Of a stretch of DNA of 64,000 bases, positions 38,530-52,219 are shown in pieces. The notes under the pieces were generated by a model that was given only the letters and a program-made list of their open reading frames with translations, ran no database searches and was not told the DNA's origin. Each line of letters begins with the position of its first letter. Positions within the stretch are counted from its first letter, which is position 1. Source of the DNA: Camelus dromedarius (Eukaryota); NCBI RefSeq assembly GCF_036321535.1, contig NC_087436.1, positions 12,586,001 to 12,650,000 on the forward strand, written 5' to 3'. A program made the position numbers and the translations under genes.

Positions 38530-39085
38530 CTTTTTTGATGCACCTTTTTAAAATGTACAATTCAGTGATTTTTAGTATATTCACAAAGATGTGCAACCAA
38601 CACCACTATCCAGAACATTTTCATCACCCTCAGCACAAACTCTGTATCTACCAGCAGTCACTCCCCATTCCCTCTCCTCCAGCCCCAGCAGCCACTAATT
38701 TCTGTTTCTGCAGATTTGCCTATTTTGGATTTTTCATATAAATGGAATCATACAATTTACGTGGTCTTTTTAAACTGGCTTCTCAGCATAACGTTTTCAA
38801 GGTTCATCCATATAGCATATATCAGAACTTCATTCTTTTTATACCCATTGTATGAAGAGGCTACATTTTGTTTATCCATTCATCTGTTAGGAATGATGCT
38901 GCTAAGGAATAATGTGCACCAGATTTTGTGTGGACATGTGACTTTAATTCTCTTGAGTACGTACCTACGAATGGAATTGCTGGGTCATATGGTAAACTCT
39001 AGGTTTCACTTCTTGAGGTACTGCCAACTGTTTCCAAGGCAGCTACATACCATTTAAGCACTCCCAACACCAATGTATGAGGGCG
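38530..39085 (-). mobile_element. L1MB-type 3' end
   Basis: TTAAAATGTACAATTCAGTGATTTTTAGTATATTCACAAAGATGTGCAACCA...GGAATTGCTGGGTCATATGGTAA. Confidence 0.85.
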
Positions 39086-40159
39086 AAGCATCTGATATTG
39101 ATTGATGAAATACCTTTCCTATACCTTTAATACATATTTTAAACATTTCTTTAAATTTCTGTAAGATCTTTATGAACATTTTTGAAAAAAATTCATTTCA
39201 CACTTTATTATTTCCATTTCTAACATTCAAACAGCCATACTGTAATAACTCAGTAACTTACTGAACCACTGAATTTCATCTGGAAAACAAACATTTTTTA
39301 ACGGCATTTATTATATACACCCAGAACATAAAATATGGCTGGATTTAACACAGAGAAAAAAATCATCTATATTAGAATATAAATAATATTCATCATTTAT
39401 TATTTTGTACTTTCTGTCCTAGTATAGAAAATCAAAAGCTAACTATAAAGGAGAGGAAAGAATTTTCAGAACTGCTAATTATTAAGCATCTTATAACCTA
39501 GGAAATATTTTTAAATCAGTAACTAAAAATTTTTAAGTGATGCTTTAGTCAGAATACACTAGTGTTATCAAATTCACTGGCATTTTTACTCATTTACTCA
39601 TTTACTGGGAAAGGGTACTATGATAATTAAATTTTGAAAAATTATTTTTATTTTCTACTTACTTTTCCTATCAGGTGACTGACAGGAAAGGGCAAACAGT
39701 AGAATTGAAGTAACCAATTTTTTTTTTTTTAAGACTAGGCCCACAGAATAGCGTAGGTCAGTATTTCTGTTTTAAGATGATTTATAGGAGGCTTTGAGTA
39801 TACTAGTCTTAGTAACAGATAACTGGATAAGAAAGAAAGTTTCTGTCTATAATTGCTTCCTTATAAAGTTCTAGTTAGTTCTCTATTTTTACTAGAGCAA
39901 TTATATTTTTTTAGATTCAATTTTGGAGAAAATCATCTGGTTTTGTTTTTAAGTAAATTATTTTTAATTTAAAATGTATTTTCCAATATAATTTTAAAAG
40001 AGCAATAAATCCTTACTGTGAAACTTTGGTACTTTATAACAACTATCACAAACATACACTGTCAGATATCTGTGCTTTTATTTTTAAGAAATCACAGCTG
40101 TTTGATTCTAAAGTATTTAAAGATTATAATTTAAATTTTCAAAAACAAGGGTTTGAAAC

Positions 40160-40385
40160 TCTAGCAAATGCAAACTAACGTCACTATAGTGACAGCAATC
40201 AGTTCAGTGGTTGCCTGGGAAAGAGGGTAGGAGAAGGAATGGGTTATAGTAGAGGTGACGGAAATGTTTATTTTCTTGAACATGGGTGTCATTTCACAGA
40301 TGTATAAAGCAGAACTGACCAAAGGGTACACTTCAAATATGTGCATTTGACTGTATTTCAATTATACCTCAAAAAAATTATAAAG
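40160..40385 (+). mobile_element. Old L1 terminal fragment
   Basis: CAGTGGTTGCCTGGG...GGTGACGGAAATGTT...TACACTTCAAATATGTGCATTTGACTGTATTTCAATTATACCTCAAAAA. Confidence 0.75.
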
Positions 40386-41321
40386 AAATCCCAAGTGTTT
40401 CTTTGGGTTACCTTAAGTGTTTTCCAAACTATATATCACACAATTCAAGTACCTCAAAACAAATCCCTCAGCCAAAAAAATCTTGGGAAAATTTTAGGAA
40501 AGATGGGTTTGGGCTTAACAGCTAGGCAGACTACTATTACAATTGTTCAATATGCTAACATGATTTTCCAAGGGGAGTATACAGTACATGGGTCTTCCCA
40601 CACTTGACCACAGAAACAATTATTTCACTGAAGAACTCTGCAAATCATTTTCGGAAGAACTTTTAATAGGGATAATATATAATGGGAAAACATGAAAAAC
40701 AAATCAGAAAAATTCTTAAAATGTTAAGCACAGCAATTACAAACTCAAATGCCTTCAGAGACCAAGATGTAACAACCAAAAAAAGAACTCAGAAAGGACC
40801 GAACGTAAAACAACAGGTGTCTAACTATTTGTACCGAAACGAAGCCTACTTGCTTTCCTTTCAAAAAACTCGAGACCAAACAAGCCATATCTAGAGCTTC
40901 CAGTCTGCTACCTCTGTACTAAGAGATTCATATGTCAGATTCCTTTTAATGCTAGTTTCTATACCGTTTGGAAAGAGAGTAATAAAAGACTAGCCTATGA
41001 AAGGGAAAATTATGATCTGAGCTGTAGTAAACTAGGCTTCAGTACAGATCAAAAACCGTAGCTCAACAGAAAAACTATCTGAGCAAAAGTGATGAGAACA
41101 TAAAAGCCTCAGGAAAGATAGCAGCTCTCTTCAAAGTTTCATTTCCATCAGTAAATTAGTCCTCATAATTCAAAATTTGAACTATAAAAACTTGTAGGAA
41201 AGGTAGTTTGGACCATAGCATCACATATTTGAATTTTTATGCTAAGATTTAAGATCTAAACAGTTTTAAGTTTCAAGCATAATAAATGTATTTCTTTGTA
41301 TCTGAAGTGTAAGTTATATTA

Positions 41322-41500
41322 ATAACAGCTAATCTTTACTGAGCACTTACTAAGTGTCAAAAATAACTTTACAAGATGGGTACTATTTAATCCTTACAAT
41401 AGCCTTACAAGATAAGTGCTATTATTTTTCTTTTTAACAAGGATTAAATTGGGGCACAGAAAGATGAATTAACTTCCTCAGGAACATGTGGATTGCTACC
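41322..41500 (-). mobile_element. MIR SINE
   Basis: ATAACAGCTAATCTTTACTGAGCACTTACTAAGTG...TTTAATCCTTACAATAGCCTT. Confidence 0.75.
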
Positions 41501-42051
41501 CAAGGAACTACATTTTTTGCCTCTACACATAAAAAGGAATTTGGATAGTAATAATCTTCATTAAAAATATAAACTACCTTTTAACTTCCTCCTAAAACTA
41601 TCCTTCCTTCTCAGTACCATGCTGGAAAAACTAAACAGTGAATCCTAATAAACAGAACTTTTATTCTAAATTGTATCAATAATAATTTTGGTTCAGTAAG
41701 TTTGAAAAAAATTAGGGTTCAATTTTCAAGTAAGTTTGAGAAATTCTGGGTAATCTACTTATAATACACTCATTCCAACTACATCTACCGTAAAATACTG
41801 TTTGCCATCTTCGTGGCTCACAATGTACATGTTAAAAGTTTTGAGAAGAACTGAAATATGAAAACCAGTTTAACTTTTTAAAACTGCTTAATGAGTCTAT
41901 AATTAAAAAGCCATAATAATCAAAAATGTTCACAAGGTTTCACTGGACAATTTAAAATGTTTCTTCTTAAAACCATAAGAAGAATACTTTATAACTGGCT
42001 TTTGAAAACTAAACATATCACTTAATATTCCTGAGACTTTTTCTTACCTGC

Positions 42052-42107
42052 TTATTTTCTCCAAATTCTTCTACATAGGTCCAGGCTGAAGAGACTGTGT
42101 TCCCTGT
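42052..42107 (-). CDS. RBM46: RBM46 alternative exon encoding C-terminus DREHSLFSLDLCRRIWRK* (exon 42107-42048)
   Basis: Pyrimidine tract TTCTTTTCTGTCTTCACTACTTACAG|, phase 1 compatible, TAA at 42054-42052, then donor CAG|GTAAGA at 42048/42047. Peptide matches my recollection of a shorter human isoform. Confidence 0.85.
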
Positions 42108-42889
42108 CTGTAAGTAGTGAAGACAGAAAAGAATTTGAGTCTGCAGACTAATGTTATCCCTGTCTTGGAAGTGTATGGAATCCTTGATGACTTTAGTTAC
42201 AAAGTTTTTGATCAGTAAATATGAAAATAAACTTAGAGGAAAAGAAACAAGTGATAAATAGTTATTTCCAAAGTTCTGCAAAGATGAACAAAGAGAACTG
42301 TATTTTTGTTGTTGGAATGAAAATCATGAGTTAATACATTAACAGAAATACATATACCTTTCTATACAAAATAAGTCCTCATGAGTTGTTTTTCTAAGAA
42401 GTACTATTCTACTAATAACATAAGAAAAGGATTTTAAAAACAAATGAGATTGCCCAGTTTTTGATAAGCAGTCAAAATATGTAAGTGAATTTGAAAAAAA
42501 ACCAATACCCTTGCTTTGTCTTAAAAATAAATTAATGGCCAAAATAATACTAAACTTAAAAAAACATTTTGCTTATTAAGAGCTAAACTTTGTCTACTCA
42601 AAGCCTAACTTAACCATATATAGGACAACACAACTTTGGACATCCATCCTTTTCACTGGCTCTCTCTTCACGTGCCTTACAGCTTTCTGGTAGGTATGTA
42701 CACCTAAATTCATGCTAAGAAACTGCATGCAAGTATGAACAAATGAAAAATGTTTTATAAGTCCCATAAAACTGTAGACTTTTGAACAGCCACCTTAAAG
42801 ATTATAACTCAGCAGAAAAAAATAGTCACATTACTTTCTGATTTTCACATCATGAAATAGGTAACACTAATCAACCCTCCCCATGAGAA

Positions 42890-45800
42890 CCAGAGTATGC
42901 AGACAGTTATTAAAGCAGAGCTGCCTATCTGAAAGGGCTGGGAATGGCCAAGACAGACAACTGCGGGGCTATGATCTTAGACAAGAAGGAAACCCACAGA
43001 GATGTGCATATCTTTGGAATTGTGTTTACCTTAGAAGGATTGGCCAGTTCCAAAGAGGGATCTGAGAGGCAAGGGAAGACGGCAAGAGAGAGACGCATTT
43101 CTGAGGACCGGTGGACAAAGACTGGAGCTGAGGAGCTACTGATGAGACATGTCTGGAACCCCGAACAAAACTAATCCAGAAGTGGACCAACTTTAATGAT
43201 GGCTACAGCAAAATTCAAACCTTCTCACTCCCTGCCTGAATTAAGGCCATCTGGGACTGCCAATCCTTTGATTCCCCTTCTGAAGCAAAAATAAAACGTC
43301 TCTGAATAAACACGCTGCTGCACGTTAGCTTTTAAATTATCTCCACGTTTTTCATATCCAGTGTCTGATATTCAGTCAAAACTAACCAGTCATACAAAGT
43401 GATAAAACAATATGCCCTAAAACCACCAGAAACAAAAATCAACAGTAACACATCTATAGGAAATGTAATGTTTTCACAACTGGGTATTAAACTAATTATG
43501 ATAATATGCTCAAGGAAGTGAAAAATACGACTAAAATTTTGGAGGAAAAGTGGAAATCATAAAAAAGAGTCAAATGAAATTTTAGGACTGAGAAATGAAT
43601 CCAAATGAATGTCTTTATCATGTGAGACACAGATGAAAAAAATTCAAGAACCGAAAGACAGGCCTGAAGAAAATATGCAGATCAAATATACAAAAGAATG
43701 GAGAAGTACAGAAAGAACGTAATAGATACGTAGGACACAGTAAAAAGATCTTAACATATGTGTGATTGGAGAACCATATAGAAAGGAAAGAGAAAACAGG
43801 ATAAAAGCAATATATGAAAACAGAATAGTTTAGAACTTTCTAAAACAAGTGATATACATTGATCCACAGATTTTAGAAGTGATGAAAGTCCCAATTAAGT
43901 TAAACTAAGAAACTACACATAAATCTATCTAGTAACACTTCTGAAAATCACAAATAAAAAGAAAACATTAAAAGTAGCCAGAGAGGGCAGAGTTTACAAC
44001 AGAATTGGAGTGATAAGCAAATTACAGCTGACTTCTCAACAGGAACAACAAAGACAGAGGACATAAATGGAACTAATAATCTCAAAGAATTAAAGGAAAA
44101 TAACTACTAATCGAGTAAATACCCTTTCAAAAGGCAAATGAATTAAAGACAGACTCAGGCAAACAAAACTGAGGTAATCTGCCATAAGCATATTCATACC
44201 AAAGAAAGCACAAATGAATGTTCTTTGACAGAATAAAGAAATAATCATAGTGGAAGTTGAGTGATACAGGAGAAAATAAAGAGCAGAGGAAATAATATGT
44301 AAATGATAATTGAATACAAATATATATTAACTAAATACTACTATAATTAGGTATGTAGGGAGTTAAAACATAGGTTTAAGACATATGGAAATATCAAGAC
44401 ACTATACAAATTGGAAGAGAAAATTTTAAAAATTAAAGTGTACTAAAGTCCTTGTATTGTCTGGAATGGAATAAAAGCACTAATTAATATTAGACTTTAG
44501 TAAGTTAAGAATACACTTTGGAGTCTCCAGGTAATCACTAAAAGTATAATAAAGATTCTAGGACTAATACAGCTAAACGAAAAAAAAAAAAAAAGGCAAA
44601 GAAAGAATCCATCAAAAGAAGGCAAGAAAGGAGAAATGGGAAACAGAACAGGGACAAGGAATAGAACGCAAATGGCAAGATAAGATACTTAATTCTAAGC
44701 ACATCAGTAAGTACATTCAATGCAAGCTGACCATTCAAAACACAGACTTTCAGCAAAAACAAGCAATGGCAAAAACAACAAAACCTAACTATATATTGTG
44801 CTCATCTTAAGGCTAAGATACAGGAAAAGGAAAAGTTAAAAAATGAAAAAAAAATATATATGCAACTCTAACCAGAAGAAAGCTTAAAAGTCTATGCTAA
44901 TATCAGAAATAGTATTCTTTAAGGCAGGAATGCATCACAGAAATAAAATGACATAGTATAATGATAAAAGATACACTTCACCAGAAAATTTGACAATTCT
45001 AGATGTCTATGCACCTAATACATAACCTCCAAATATATCAAGCAAAATCTGACAGACTCAAAAGGAGGAAAAGATAAATCTGTAGTCATAATGTATGATT
45101 TTCATTACCCTCTCCTAGTAACAGAATAAGCAGACCAAAAATCATGAAAGCTAAAGAAATTTAAAGATGATTACTGACCTGCCCTAATATATGAATTGAA
45201 CTGTGTGCCCCAAAAAGATATGCTGAAGTCCTAATACCTCAAAATGTGACTTTATTTGGAAACAGGGTAATTGCAAAAGTAATTAGCTAAGAAGAGGTCA
45301 GACTGGAGTAGGGTGGACCCTTATCTTGATACAACTGACATCCTTACAGGAACAGGGAAACAGAGAGCGGAGAGTAACATGTGAAGACACAGAGGCAGAC
45401 AGGGAGAAGAAGACCATATCCACCAGAGGCAGAGCTGGGAGTAATGCATCTGCAAGCCAGCAAGCTAAAGGACTGCTGGCAAACAAGAAAAGCTAACGGA
45501 AGCAAGGAAATTCCCCCCTACCAGCTTCAGAGGGGGCGTGGCCCCACAACACCTTAATGTCTGACTGCCTGCCTCCAGAACTGTGGGAGAATAACAGATG
45601 TAACACCAGATGTAAAAATCCTAAAGAAAATATCAAAATTCAAATTTAGCACTACATAAAAAGGATAATGTACCATGACCAAACCGGGTTTATTTCACAT
45701 GCAAGACTGATGTCACATTCAAACATCACACAATGCAATTCACCACATTAAAATAGTAAGACAAAAATGATATAATTATCTAAATAGATACAGAAAAGCA

Positions 45801-47668
45801 TCTAATAAAATTTATCACCCATTAAAAAAAAAACTCTTAGCAAACTAGGAATAGAAGGGACTATCCTTAATGTGATAAAGGACTTCTATAATAAAAAACC
45901 ACAGCAAACATCATACCTTAATGGAGAAATGCTGAATGTTTACAAGGATATGTTCTATCACCATTTGTATTCAATGCCGGACTAGTGGTCCTAGCCAGTA
46001 AAATAGGCAAGAAAAAAAAGAAAAGTGTAGGAATAGAAAGGAAGAAAAAGCTATTTGCACTTGACGTGACTGTGTATGTAGAGAATTTAAAACAAAGCGG
46101 AGTCAAACCATTAGATCAAATAAACAGTTTTATTTCATATGTAAAATTAAATTATATTCATATAAACAGGAACTACTAGAAATCGAAATTAAAAGGCATC
46201 TTTTATAGTGGCATTGAAAAACATTAAATAGCTAGAAATCTAACAAAAGATGTAGGAAATATTTACACAGTAAACTACTGAATGTTTAAAGAAATTAAAG
46301 AAAGCCTAAATAAATGGAGAAATCTATAATTTTCATGCATCAGAAGGCCCAATACTATAAAAATGTCATTTCTTCACAAATTGATCCACAGATTCAATTC
46401 AATTCCAATCAAATTTGTAGTAGGATTTTTGGTATAAATTTACAATGTGATTGTAAAATTCATAGAGAAACAGGAGGGCTGAGAAGAGTCATGATAATTG
46501 CGAAGAAGAAAAAAAGATAAGGAAGATATTCTCTACCAAACACAGCTATGTTTGTGTGCACGTGTGTATACACGCATATATACCTACAATTTTCACACCT
46601 CACTAAATTTGAAAGATTAAAAAAATTTCTAAAAGATAATTAGGAGAATATTTCATCACTTCAAGGTAAGCAAAGATTTCTTAAGCAGGGCACAAACAGT
46701 ACTACCTTTAAAAGATGGATAAATTGAATCATACTAAAATTAAGAGCTTCTGTTCTTTTCCAAGTGAATCGTGAAGAGATCAGAAAGGTAAGCCACCAAG
46801 TGGAAGAAGGTATTTGTAAAATATATATCCAACAAAGGGCTACAATCTTAAGTAATAAGAAAAAAAAACAGGCAACTCCATGCAATAAAGGGACAAGAGA
46901 TTTAAAACAACAGAGACTTCATCAAGAGGATATCTTAATTTCCTATAATCCTATTAAAAGATGCTCAATATCATTACTAAACAGTGATATAGTTATATCT
47001 CAATGAGACAGCAATATATACTAACCAGAATATTCAAAATTTAAAAGACTGGTAATACCCACATGTTGGCAGGGAAGTGGAACAACTGAAACCCATGTAC
47101 TGCTAGGAAAGTGTAAATTGGTATAATCATTCTGGCATGATCCACTAAAGTTTGAAAAACATGACCCATCACTTCTACATCTATGTACTCAACAAAAATG
47201 CATGCAAATGAACACCCCAAAAAAACACCATGTACAAGAATCTTCGCAGTATCGTTATTCGAACAGCCCAAACTGAAAGCACCTCGAACTTCTGACAATA
47301 GAAATAGCAAATAAATTAAACATCTCATTGGAATACTTATACCAATGAGAGTGAATGAACAGAACGGCTACATGCAGCAACATGGGCCAGTCTCATAAAC
47401 ATAATGTCAAAATAAGCCAGACAAAAGTATACAAAATGCTGTACAAATTTCAAAAACGGAAGTCAGAAGGCTAGCTTCCTTTGGGGATAGAGGGTAATAT
47501 CTGAGTAGGGTACAAAGGAGCCTTTTAGGGTATTGATATTTTATGTCTTCACCTGGTAGTTACATGGATGTGATCACTCTGTGGTAATTTACAAAGCTTT
47601 CACAAATGAATTGTGCCCTTTACTGTCTGCATGTAATGTAGTAAGTTCACAAAAAAAAAAAAAAAAAG
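42890..47668 (+). mobile_element. Large, heavily decayed L1 (ORF1 remnant, partial ORF2, 3' UTR, A-tail), antisense to RBM46
   Basis: ORF1-like A-rich region 43400-44250, endonuclease motif TATGCACCTAATAC near 45010, RT-region motif ACCATGACCAAACCGGGTTTATT near 45670, 3' UTR 47000-47650, poly-A near 47651-47667. Boundaries approximate. Confidence 0.8.
45187..45596 (+). mobile_element. MLT1B/C (MaLR) LTR, 3'-truncated, nested in L1
   Basis: TGAACTGTGTGCCCCAAAAAGATATGCTGAAGTCCTAA...AATGTGACTTTATTTGGAAACAGGGT...GCCTCCAGAACTGTGGGAGAATAA. Confidence 0.9.
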
Positions 47669-50489
47669 GAATCTGAACAGCTATCGTACTGATACACATA
47701 AATGAGCAGTTTATCATTTATAATTATAAAAAATAAACCCACTTAAAATAATAAAGTTACTGCCAAGATAGAATAACATAAAAAGAAAAATGATTCTGGG
47801 TAACTGAAAAAAAACTATAGTGGTGATTTTCAGTAGAAACGCTAATTGGAATTACTATTAAATATGCAGCAAGTCTTCCCTCCTAAATGCCTTCACATAC
47901 TACCATCTGGACCTGGAGTTTTAGAATTAGTTTTTTGTTAATTTTTAATTAGAATGAAATCAAATTCAACAGGAAAAAAATTCTGGAATTTAAATGACTG
48001 ATCTACAACAACTACATTTCTGTTAATATATGGAAGAGATGGTGATGATCCTCAAAACAAAAGTAAAACCTATCAGCAGAATCTCAATTTAATGACAAAC
48101 ACAAGGTTACTAACCAGCGCTTTTAATCCAATTTAATTTACCATTTATTAGTTTCATTCCTTTAAAAAAGCACTGATTGTTAAAATATATTCCAATAAAT
48201 TATTTCAAATGGGATTATTCAGTAATAAAGGCACCAAAGGAGACCAGGGAAAAGAAAAGGTATATTGGAAATTCAAGAATAAAGTCAAGAATAGGATACA
48301 GTAAACTTCAAAGATCCGAGACAGGATCTTGTTTTCTGAAAACTGAAATCATTCGATGCTCTAGTTTAGCCTTCTGCTATGTAGGAATAAGAGTCAGAAG
48401 ATAAACTAGGTATAACTCCCACTAATTAGGAGCCTGGTTTTCAATATTGTAGACCTGTGACTTGTTCTATGAAGGTGTAAAGAAGTTTTAAAAGTCATTT
48501 AAAACTAAATGTTATAAGTATATTCTGTATCTTTGAAGAATTTACTGGTTTTAATTTGAAGATTTCCGTATAGATTTTAAAGTAAGTGGTATGGAAGATG
48601 AAAAACTGTTTTTCAGATTCTCAATGCGTCATACTGCTATTTCTTCTTTTGAAAACAGAAAATAACTAAATGCACAGGATTCCAGCATATTCCAAATAAG
48701 ACAGCTGAATTTTCAGCATCCTGAATTTCAAGGTTTTTCCTGCCTTTAGGAAACAAAACTGAAAGGAAGAACAGCATCTTCTCAGTCTACACCTGTGCAG
48801 AAGAATGAAGAAATGTAATGCTGATATAAACTAAATTTAGAAATAACATACAATAAGCTATCGCCAATTATTCTCCATTTGTGAAGTCTTAACAAAGGTT
48901 ATATATGGCACTAAATGTAACTGTGGCTTATGTAATGAACTTAAGAAGCTATCATAATGGCCAATAAAATAATATTGTACATAATATGATTCATTATATT
49001 CTATACTACGTATTGTTGATAGAGATAAAAACATGAAAGTTTTCTCAGACAGTTTAAAAGCAACTACTACAACCATAATTTCCTATTCTTCCACTACCCA
49101 AATTTCATCCTTATATATAAACACACACACACAATACGTATCTACATACTCAATATAACATAACCCATATGACTCAGTCTTTCTTTCAGTCAGACTTTCG
49201 AGACTTTCACATTTTAAAACTCATTTTATTAGCATTTAAAAAGTGATCTACTGATCATTTCTACATCCATGAAACATAAATACGTATCATCCTGTTAACC
49301 ACTATTCATCATTTACTTGTTCTGTGTCTGTACCTACCAACGCCGTATCTCAGGTATTTCTTTTTCAGTCCTTTCTTCTTTCTGTTCAAAGTACAGCCAA
49401 ACTTTCTTTCCTTAGAATTTTCCCTTTTAACCTTCCAGCATGCAGATCACTTTCAATTATTGGAAAAGCACTACATGCTCAGTATTAAAGGAGCAGACAG
49501 TACTGATCTGTATAATGCAGGACATAATAATTAAAAATATATCTATATGTACAAAGTTCCTTGGCTTTATAATCCTGATGGATCAAAACTTTATAACAGC
49601 AAATAAACAGTAATATAAAAATTACTAAACTGTTGGGTAATATAAAAAACAAGTCATTCTCAGTTACAATGTCCAAGAAAAGCTTAACGTAAGAGGTTAA
49701 GCAGATAAAAGTAGAATAATATTCCAGGCAGAGTAAGCAGCACTAGGAAAAGCTTGGGAATACCAACAAGCATGGCAAGTTCAGATAATCAAAGCAAGAG
49801 GTACTGTCTATGGTTAGGTCAAATGGGGCCAAGCAACAGGGCATTGGGAACAGTAGAATGTGGAGTTCGGAAGACTTGACTACATCACAACAGCAAGCCA
49901 GTGTAGGTTCCTGAGCAAGTAAGTAACAATGCAAAAGCATAGTTAGACATAATCGGAGTGATAAATTCTATAACTGAATTATGTACTGAGATGTCTGGAG
50001 TATAGTCAGAAAGCAAAATGAGAGTACCAAGCAACAAGTGACCATGAAACAGACATAAACAAACTGCCAGTTTGAAATTCTGCCTAGCATATGATGGAGG
50101 GAAAAAAAAACAAAAACCCACATATCTGACACCTTGGCACATATGCCACCAGCTGGTAATGCTTACCCAAGAGTCAACTTAAAAATCGCAAAGCTTCCTT
50201 GTAAACAAGGTATGTTTGCAAGATCTCTGTAACTCAGAACTTCACTTAGGATTCAGTCAGATGTCCTGGATCCACACTACACTGGAGGGGTCTGGTAAGT
50301 GGGCTTGCAGGACTAAGGAACATAAAACTGTCTCTGAAAAGGAGGTAAAGTATGAAACAAAAGCCTATCTCACTATATATTAAGTTTTAGAAGAATAACT
50401 TGCAAATAATATCCCACAAATTCACAGTCTGTTACCAAATGTTTAACATTAGAAAAGGTCAGTTTTTTACTGGAATCATGTGATATTAC

Positions 50490-51045
50490 AGCAGTTAAGA
50501 ACACAGCCTCTTAGCTAACTGGAGAATTCTAGGCAAATTATTCAAGCTACTCAATTTATTTAAAAAAATAAAGTGTATCTAAAAAGAAAAAGAAAAAAGA
50601 GGACACTAATGAACTCATCTACAAAACAGAAAGAGACCCGCAGACATAGTAAACAATCTTAAGGTTACTGGGGGAGAGGGAGTGGGAAGGGATAAATTTG
50701 GGAGTTTGAGATTTACAAATGTTAACCACTATATATAAAAATAGATTAAAAAAACAAATTTTTTCTGTATAGCACAGGGAACTGTATTTAGTATCTTGTA
50801 ATAACTTTAACGAAAAAGAATATAAAAATGAATATATGTATGTATATATATGACTGGGACATTATTCTGTACACCAGAAATTGACACACTGTAACTGACT
50901 ATACTTCAGTTAAAAAAAAAGTGTAGATGTTAAAATAATGCCTACCTCAAAGAATTGACAGAGTAATGTAGTACCATGTAAAGGCATTTAGCATAGTACC
51001 TAACATATAGTAAGTGCTCAAAGAATATTAACTATTATTATTACT
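50490..51045 (+). mobile_element. MIR SINE split by a young L1 insertion
   Basis: Head GCAGTTAAGAACACAG...AGGCAAATTATTCAA; tail ATGTAAAGGCATTTAGCATAGTACCTAACATATAGTAAGTGCTC. Confidence 0.7.
50578..50917 (+). mobile_element. Young lineage-specific L1 3' UTR (camelid-type)
   Basis: GAACTCATCTACAAAACAGAAA...GGGAAGGGATAAATTTGGGAGTTTGAGATTT...ACACCAGAAATTGACACACTGTAACTGACTATACTTCAG + A-tail; TSD AAAGTGTA (50570-50577 / 50918-50925). Confidence 0.9.
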
Positions 51046-51159
51046 AATAATACTCATTATTTTAAGTGATTGGAAACTCTGGTGTCTTGGGTTTGTTTTC
51101 TGAACAAGTATTATTCTTCAATATGTACATGGCATATTTCAATATACAAAATTAAGCCA

Positions 51160-51330
51160 TTTAATAAAATTACCCTATGAGGTAAGTACTGTTAATATTT
51201 CCATTTTACAGATGAGGAAATTGAAGTACAGACAGGTTAAACAACTCTTCCAATAAGTAACGAAGCTGGGATATGAATTCACGAAATCTAGCTCAGAATG
51301 CTATGTTCTTTCATTCTATGTTGCCTATAT
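51160..51330 (-). mobile_element. MIR SINE
   Basis: ACCCTATGAGGTAAGTACTG...CCATTTTACAGATGAGGAAATTGAAG. Confidence 0.85.
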
Positions 51331-51913
51331 GCTATACTAAATTTAAAGTACTGAATTTCCTTTTACTGAAATTCTCTCTAAAATGCCATGTACTTTTTCC
51401 TGACCCTTTCATCTCAGATCAGGTCAGGTCATCCAATTATACTTTCTCCTAACACCCCATACTTTAGAGTGTTTATCAGAATTGTAACTGAACAATTTCC
51501 CCCCTCAGTGGAATGAACATTCTATGAAGGCAGCAACTGTGTCTCACTCACTACAGTGATCCTCAGGACTCTAGACAAAGCACAGTGTTCAGTAAGTATT
51601 TGTTTCATGAACACACACACATTAATAAGGATTAACAATCAGCCAGCTGCCAGCCAATAAACTGAAAATGAAAACAGAAAAGCCTAAAATAGGAGTGAAT
51701 AATAAACAACTATTCGTATGAGAAGAATAAGGATTCTAAAAATAAGCTTTCTTAAATCAAAGCTTGCAAAAGGACAAATTTTTCAGAAGGCATCAAAATA
51801 GTAAGGCTAATATACTCCAAGTGGTGTTAAGGAAGATAATTCTGATCCACAATAATCTAGTAAAGAATCTTGCCATCTTCCATACATTTACTTAACAATA
51901 TAAACAGATTTAA

Positions 51914-52099
51914 CAGGCACAAACTACTAGGTATAAAATAACTAAGTTAAAAGAATGTAATGTACAGCACAAGGAATACATCAATATTTTATAACAATTT
52001 AGTATGGAGAATAAGCTATAAAAATATCAAATTACTATGTTGTGTACTTGAAACTAGTAAAATACTGTAAGGCAATTATACCTGAATAAAAATTTTAAA
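51914..52099 (+). mobile_element. Short L1 3' end (artiodactyl-type)
   Basis: ATGTAATGTACAGCACAAGGAATA...TGTGTACTTGAAACTAG...AATAAAAA; TSD AAACAGATTTAA (51902-51913) / AAACAGGTTTAA (52100-52111). Confidence 0.85.
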
Positions 52100-52219
52100 A
52101 AACAGGTTTAAAATACATGCTAAAAAATTAAAGGTTTTTTTTTTCCTTTCATAACTGAGGGATACAAAGCTTTCAGGAGTTTAAACGCTCACATGTTTCT
52201 GGGTTATACCAAACCATAA

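Noticed and set aside
42018..42281. 87-aa minus-strand ORF
   Set aside because: Different frame from the splice-supported RBM46 exon it overlaps; incidental.
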